NCBI GenBank assembly: GCA_965215265.1
Contig: OZ244048.1
Location: 2,880,001 to 2,944,000, forward strand
Source of the DNA: Candidatus Poribacteria bacterium
GTDB taxonomy: Bacteria; Poribacteria; WGA-4E; WGA-3G
Length of the DNA: 64,000 nt
Reading direction: 5' to 3'
Both the position numbers and the translations under genes were made by a program. Below the pieces are notes generated by a model. The model did not search any database. It was not told the DNA's origin and saw only the letters and a program-made list of their open reading frames with translations. Of the stretch, positions 59,049 through 64,000 are shown piece after piece. Numbering within the stretch: position 1 is the stretch's first letter; the number at the start of each line of letters is the position of its first letter.

Positions 59049-60379
59049 TTACTTCTCGGTCCGGATAGCCTCAATAGGTGAAAGCTGCGCCGCTCGCAGT
59101 GCTGGATAGACACCGAAACCGATGCCCATGACAATAGAGAAAATAACAGTCGTCAGCATCCACGGCACGGAGAACACAACGGGCCACGTCTCTACAACGG
59201 GCACGAGCCGCATCGCCAGCCAGGCCATGGCGTTCGCCGCACCCCAGCTCCCTGCGATGCCGAGTGCCCCACCGATGAAACAGAGACAGATGGATTCTGC
59301 CAAGAACTGATAGAAGATGTCACTCCGTTTCGCACCCACTGCTCTCCGTAAACCGATTTCCCGCGTCTTTTCACCCACAGAGACGAGACAGATATTCATG
59401 ATGCCGACACCACTGACAAACAGCGAGAAAAGCGCGAGGCTCCCTAACGTGATTTTTATCACGTTTTGATGACAAACAGCGAGAAAAGCGCGAGGCTCCC
59501 TAACGTGATTTTTATCACGTTTTGAATGTGGTAAAGTCGTTGCGCCGTCAATATTGGCATCCATATACCGATAAACTCATCTTTTCCCCGGTGTCTTTTA
59601 CGCAGGGCGTTCTTTACAGAATCAACGATATTGTAGATATCTGCCCCTTTTAAAAAAAAGACGAGCAAGTAGTCAACGTGACGAAAGTCTTTCACCCGTT
59701 GTTGATAGGTTTTCAGTGGTATAGAAATGGCATCATCTAAAGAATACGAGTCGCTGAGGCTGAGTCCCTTGGGTGCCATCACGCCTATAACTCGCAGCCG
59801 GACCTGCGATTGTCCCAAATGAATCTTCACCTCTTCTCCGAGTGGAGCGGGATGTCCAAAAAGTTCATGGGCGGTGTTGGTGCCGAGGACGCATACCTGC
59901 TTTGCCTTTTCGATATCCCTGTCGGAGAAGAATCTGCCGGTCTGAACGTCCCACCCCATGCCTTTGGCGTAATCTGCTGTGACCCCTTCTAAACGCGTTA
60001 TCGCTTGCGTCCCATTTCGGGCGCTCACAAAGACGCGGAAATCTTCAACTTTAGGAAGGACGTAGAGGACATCGGGGACTTCTGCCTCAATTGCAGACGC
60101 GTCCTCAACGGTATATCGCTCTGTAGTTCTACGGGCGAGGTGCCGGCCCTTCCAAATCGTCATCCGTGTCCAGAATGCAATTTGGTTCGCCCCGCCCATC
60201 TTTTCAAGATTTACATCGATGATACGTTTCCCACCCTCACCAATGGCCATCATGCACAACACACTCGAAATCCCGATGAAAACGCTGAGAAGGGACAATC
60301 CAGCACGAAGCCGATTTTGCGTAATAGACTTTACACCGGCGGTGATTGACTCACGAAGTCTCACCTGCTGCTCCCTCAT
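59049..60379 (-). pseudogene. MacB/FtsX-like permease split by a 56-bp tandem duplication
   Basis: QNVIKITLGSLALFSLFV occurs in both ORFs. Paralog of 39674-40936. Confidence 0.85.
59414..59525. repeat. Exact 56-bp tandem duplication
   Basis: TGACAAACAGCGAGAAAAG..ATCACGTTTTGA, twice. Confidence 0.92.
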
Positions 60380-60384
60380 CTATA

Positions 60385-62199
60385 TTATTGGTACTTTTCA
60401 GATTGCAGTCGATACAATGTTGCATATCTGCCCCCTTTGTTCATCAGTTGCTCGTGGGTGCCTTCCTCGAGAATCTTCCCGTTGTCTAGGACGAGAATCC
60501 TGTCTGCCATGCGCACGGTAGAGAAGCGATGGGAGATTAACAACGTTGTCACGCCCTGCGTAAGCCTTTTGAACCGCTGAAAGAGAGCAGATTCGGATTC
60601 TGCGTCGAGTGCCGCGGTCGGCTCATCAAGGATTAAGATGTCTGCGTCTCTCATAAAGGCACGCGAGACAGCAATTTTCTGCCACTCTCCGCCAGATAAA
60701 TCGGTGCCACCGTCAAAATGCCGTCCGAGTAAGGTCTGGTATCCGTCAGACAGCTGTGAAATGAAAGCGTCTGCTTGCCCCTGCTCTGCCGCCTGAATGA
60801 CTGCGGCTTCGTTGTCCATCTGCGTCGTGTCCCCGATACCGATGTTTTCTCCCGCAGTGATGAAAAAGCGAGAAAAATCCTGGAAGACTGGCGCGATTTT
60901 TCCCCGTAAACTCTCAAGGTGATACTGATGTAGCGGGATGTCGTCGATGAATATCTGCCCTGCTGTTGGTTCATAGAAACGGCAGAGGAGTTTAACAAGG
61001 GTTGTTTTGCCCGCACCGTTTTCGCCAACAATTGCGAGCGTTTCGCCCGTCTTTATTGAGAAAGAGATGTTGTTGAAAACGGCTATCTCACGCCCTGGAT
61101 AACAGAAAGACACATTCCTAAACGCAATGGCTCGGTTAAGATGAGAAAACCGTTGGGGTGAATCGGCGGTTTTAAGGACCGGTGACAACTCAAAGAAAGA
61201 CCAAAAAGAACGGAGCCCGGCTGTCGAGCCAATAAGTTGCCCGGCCATCAAGGTTAACATCCAGAACGACTGCTGCAGCGCGGCAACGATGGAAAAGTAC
61301 ATGGCCAGGTCGCCGACGGTAATCTGCCCTTGGACCGAAATCAGAACGACGTAGGTATATAGGAGTGTGAGTCCGATGCCGTGTAAGAGTGAAAAAAGCA
61401 CGGTGCGCTTCGTCTGTGAGATTTTCACGGAACGGACGCGTTTGAAAACGGTGTCAAAAACTTCCTGATACCGCTTGATAAAGTAAGCGCCCACGTTAAA
61501 AAACTTTATCTCTTTCGCGCTCCGAGTCTCAACCAGGAGCCGGTAGTAGTATGCCAATTGACGGGATTCCGGCATCTGGTCCCAGGTAACGTCGAAGGCC
61601 TGTTTGTGATGCCGATATTCTACATAGAGGTGCGGCACCGCGACAAGCAGCAGTGCCAACGGAATGAATGGGCTGAGGGTCGTCATCAAAATCAACAAGG
61701 AGAAGAGGGTTATCGCGTTGCTCAGCGTAGAGGACATAAGCCAGAGAGTGGCTTCTGGGAGTGTTGTATTTTCTTGGATGAATTGAAGTTGATTGTAAAA
61801 TTTGCTCGTGTCAAAGTATGCCAGCCCGGGGAGGTGCGATGCCTTTTTCATGACCTTTTTGTCTATGTCAGCTATAAGCAGGTCAGAGAGTGTCCCACGG
61901 ACAGCCTCTGTCGCCGGGGTCAGAATGAAGGGTAGGATTTGACAGAGGAGATAACTGGCACCAAGTAGGAGGGTTGTGTTCCCCAGTGCCCCGCCCGACT
62001 TCAGCAGCGTTACCACATCGTTGACGAGCCGATTGAGCAAACCAGCAGAAATCGCAGGAAAAGTGCTCGAAACAACAAGCAGCAACAACAGAAAAGTGGT
62101 CAGTTTCGCGGAGCACTGCCAAGCGAAAGGGAGGATTTTTACGCTCCATTTCGTCGCATCCACAAAACCGGTTTTCCAAGAAAATAACGTTTTAAACAT
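60385..62199 (-). CDS. ABC exporter, fused permease/ATPase (peptide-exporter-like)
   Basis: GENGAGKT, LSGGEWQKIA, DEPTAALD, ISHRFSTVR. Confidence 0.92.
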   Translation of the reverse strand: MFKTLFSWKTGFVDATKWSVKILPFAWQCSAKLTTFLLLLLVVSSTFPAISAGLLNRLVNDVVTLLKSGGALGNTTLLLGASYLLCQILPFILTPATEAVRGTLSDLLIADIDKKVMKKASHLPGLAYFDTSKFYNQLQFIQENTTLPEATLWLMSSTLSNAITLFSLLILMTTLSPFIPLALLLVAVPHLYVEYRHHKQAFDVTWDQMPESRQLAYYYRLLVETRSAKEIKFFNVGAYFIKRYQEVFDTVFKRVRSVKISQTKRTVLFSLLHGIGLTLLYTYVVLISVQGQITVGDLAMYFSIVAALQQSFWMLTLMAGQLIGSTAGLRSFWSFFELSPVLKTADSPQRFSHLNRAIAFRNVSFCYPGREIAVFNNISFSIKTGETLAIVGENGAGKTTLVKLLCRFYEPTAGQIFIDDIPLHQYHLESLRGKIAPVFQDFSRFFITAGENIGIGDTTQMDNEAAVIQAAEQGQADAFISQLSDGYQTLLGRHFDGGTDLSGGEWQKIAVSRAFMRDADILILDEPTAALDAESESALFQRFKRLTQGVTTLLISHRFSTVRMADRILVLDNGKILEEGTHEQLMNKGGRYATLYRLQSEKYQ

Positions 62200-64000
62200 C
62201 GTAATGCTCCGCTTGTAGGGTGTACAGTCGGGCATATAGCCCATTGTCCTTCATCAGCTCATCGTGCGTTCCTTCTTCTCTCAATTTGCCGCCATCCAGC
62301 ACAAGGATCCTGTCAGCGAGGCGGACAGTTGACAGTCGATGAGAAATCAATACGGTTGTTTTCTCTTTCGTTAACTCTTGAAAGCGCGCATAGATGTCAG
62401 CCTCGCTTCGGACATCCAAGGCAGCGGTCGGCTCATCAAGAATGAGGAGTTGGGCATCTCGGATGAGGGCACGCGCGAGTGCTATTTTTTGCCATTGCCC
62501 TCCTGAGAGGTCTGTGCCCCCTTCAAACTCACGTGAGAGTCTCGTCTTATATCCATGGGGCAGTTTGTCTATAAAATCGGCACCCGCTTTTTCCGCTGCA
62601 GCTTTGATCTGTTCTAATTCAGAAAGCCGGTCAACATTGCCCAGTCCAATATTTTCCTTGACGCTCAGTTGGTACTTGAGGAAATCCTGATCAACCACAC
62701 TCATTTGCGAGCGTAGATCGTCGAGATGGTAGTGATGGACAGGAACATTCTCGAGATGAATGTCTCCCTCACTTGGGTCATACATGCGTGTGATTAATTT
62801 CACTAAAGTCGTTTTTCCAGCGCCGTTTTTTCCAACGATGGCGAGGGTTTCTCCAGCGTGAATGTTCAAGGAGATACCGTCCAAAATTTTTCGGTCTGTG
62901 TTGGGATAAGAAAAGGAGACATTTCTGAATTCAATGCCTTTTTTAAAAGGACGGGGTGCCTTTTTGGCGAATGCTTTCGGGCTCATTTTAAGGAGTGGCT
63001 TGCTTTTCAGAAAGTCATACAGATGGGTTAAAAAGCCACCTACGCGATGCATGTAAGCAAAATTAGCAAGAGATGTGTTCAGTGTTGTCCAAACGAGAAT
63101 CGCGGCACTCCCGTAGGCAGTGAGTTCACCAACACTCAACCCGCCGCTAAGCGTCTGTTGGAAAAGATAAACATAAACACCACACAAACCCATGCCACCC
63201 AATAAAGCATACACCGTGAGGGCTCGAAACTCACCCCATCGCACTGACCAGAGCACACCGATGACCTGCCGAAACGTCTGCAAATACTTTCCTAAAAAGA
63301 AATCGTGTAGCCCAAAAATACGTACATCTTTTGCGGTGTCGCGAAAGAGAAACTGATTTCTGAAATAGTCGAGCTTCCTGGCCTCGGGTGCCTGAAATTG
63401 AATCGCTATTCCTGCGAGATTGGTGTAACTATAGTGCATCAGGGCGTAGGGGACTGCGCAAAGAAGTAGAAGGATGGGGGCCAAGGGATGAAAGAGCGAC
63501 AGGAAAAACGCCGCGGAAAGCAACTCCCAAAAATCGCGCCCTGCCTGAAAAGCATAAACGGCTAAGTCCGCACTGCTGCGTTCAATGTGTCTCACTTGTT
63601 GGAGTTGGTCGTGCCGTTTTGGATCTTCTATGTGTGCTAAGTCTGGATGCCGGTCTGCAGCTTTCATGACAAGGAGCGTGACATGCCGGCGCAGCCTATC
63701 CCCAAGAATGCTTTTTGTCACCAGGAAAATCGGCCCCGTTATCTGCAAGAACACCGTGGCAAGGGCTAAGGCAATCAAGAGTGGCACCACGGGCCCAAAA
63801 TCCTGACTTCCCGCATCAGAGAGAGAGAGGACGAGATCAATGACATCCCGACTTAAGTAGAGAATGAGCACCGGTAGCAAGCCCTGGAGGACCATCAAGA
63901 AAAAAAGGACTAATGTCTCAACTTTTCCCGCTTCCCAGATCATGCCGAAGGCACGGAAAATCGCTTTGTAGACGGGTCCCCATTCTTTTACAGGAGGATT
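62192..64000 (-). CDS. ABC exporter, fused permease/ATPase, probable heterodimer partner; 5' end lies beyond the window
   Basis: GKNGAGKT, LSGGQWQKIA, DEPTAALD. The frame is open to the window edge. Confidence 0.9.
   Translation of the reverse strand, partial: NPPVKEWGPVYKAIFRAFGMIWEAGKVETLVLFFLMVLQGLLPVLILYLSRDVIDLVLSLSDAGSQDFGPVVPLLIALALATVFLQITGPIFLVTKSILGDRLRRHVTLLVMKAADRHPDLAHIEDPKRHDQLQQVRHIERSSADLAVYAFQAGRDFWELLSAAFFLSLFHPLAPILLLLCAVPYALMHYSYTNLAGIAIQFQAPEARKLDYFRNQFLFRDTAKDVRIFGLHDFFLGKYLQTFRQVIGVLWSVRWGEFRALTVYALLGGMGLCGVYVYLFQQTLSGGLSVGELTAYGSAAILVWTTLNTSLANFAYMHRVGGFLTHLYDFLKSKPLLKMSPKAFAKKAPRPFKKGIEFRNVSFSYPNTDRKILDGISLNIHAGETLAIVGKNGAGKTTLVKLITRMYDPSEGDIHLENVPVHHYHLDDLRSQMSVVDQDFLKYQLSVKENIGLGNVDRLSELEQIKAAAEKAGADFIDKLPHGYKTRLSREFEGGTDLSGGQWQKIALARALIRDAQLLILDEPTAALDVRSEADIYARFQELTKEKTTVLISHRLSTVRLADRILVLDGGKLREEGTHDELMKDNGLYARLYTLQAEHYDV

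Overview
A ~48% GC bacterial window, most likely from Ca. Poribacteria. This is an inference from the secreted LamG proteins ending in 'LTTTWGK(L/I)K', the WATLK-tail remnants, three PhyH-type dioxygenases and a sulfatase. Intact housekeeping genes (panB, sucD, proS, pgk, sucC, uvrB, murA, prs, gpmI, an M16 peptidase pair) alternate with decaying accessory islands. Main observations: (1) Three probable selenoproteins hidden by in-frame UGA. Two are tandem HMA-domain lipoproteins (GMT-U-GA-C) and one is a peroxiredoxin-like lipoprotein (U-GF-C). All share the context ACG-TGA-GGA and have SECIS-like hairpins. Three Cys-less, expanded HMA-like lipoproteins also occur. (2) A module present twice: a broken ECF sigma gene, a conserved ~150-nt non-coding element, then a small secreted aromatic/His-rich protein with a strong 3' hairpin and membrane-anchored 'FGDIPEVH'-motif proteins. 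GT-C/STT3 glycosyltransferases and ABC exporters lie nearby. (3) A PD-(D/E)XK/Rpn-like gene with a strong intragenic RBS in front of its repeat C-terminus, possibly an intragenic antitoxin. (4) Homopolymer frameshifts, exact tandem duplications, chimeric junctions and a ~60-nt palindromic intergenic repeat family. No rRNA, tRNA or CRISPR array was recognised. All calls are by eye, without database searches.
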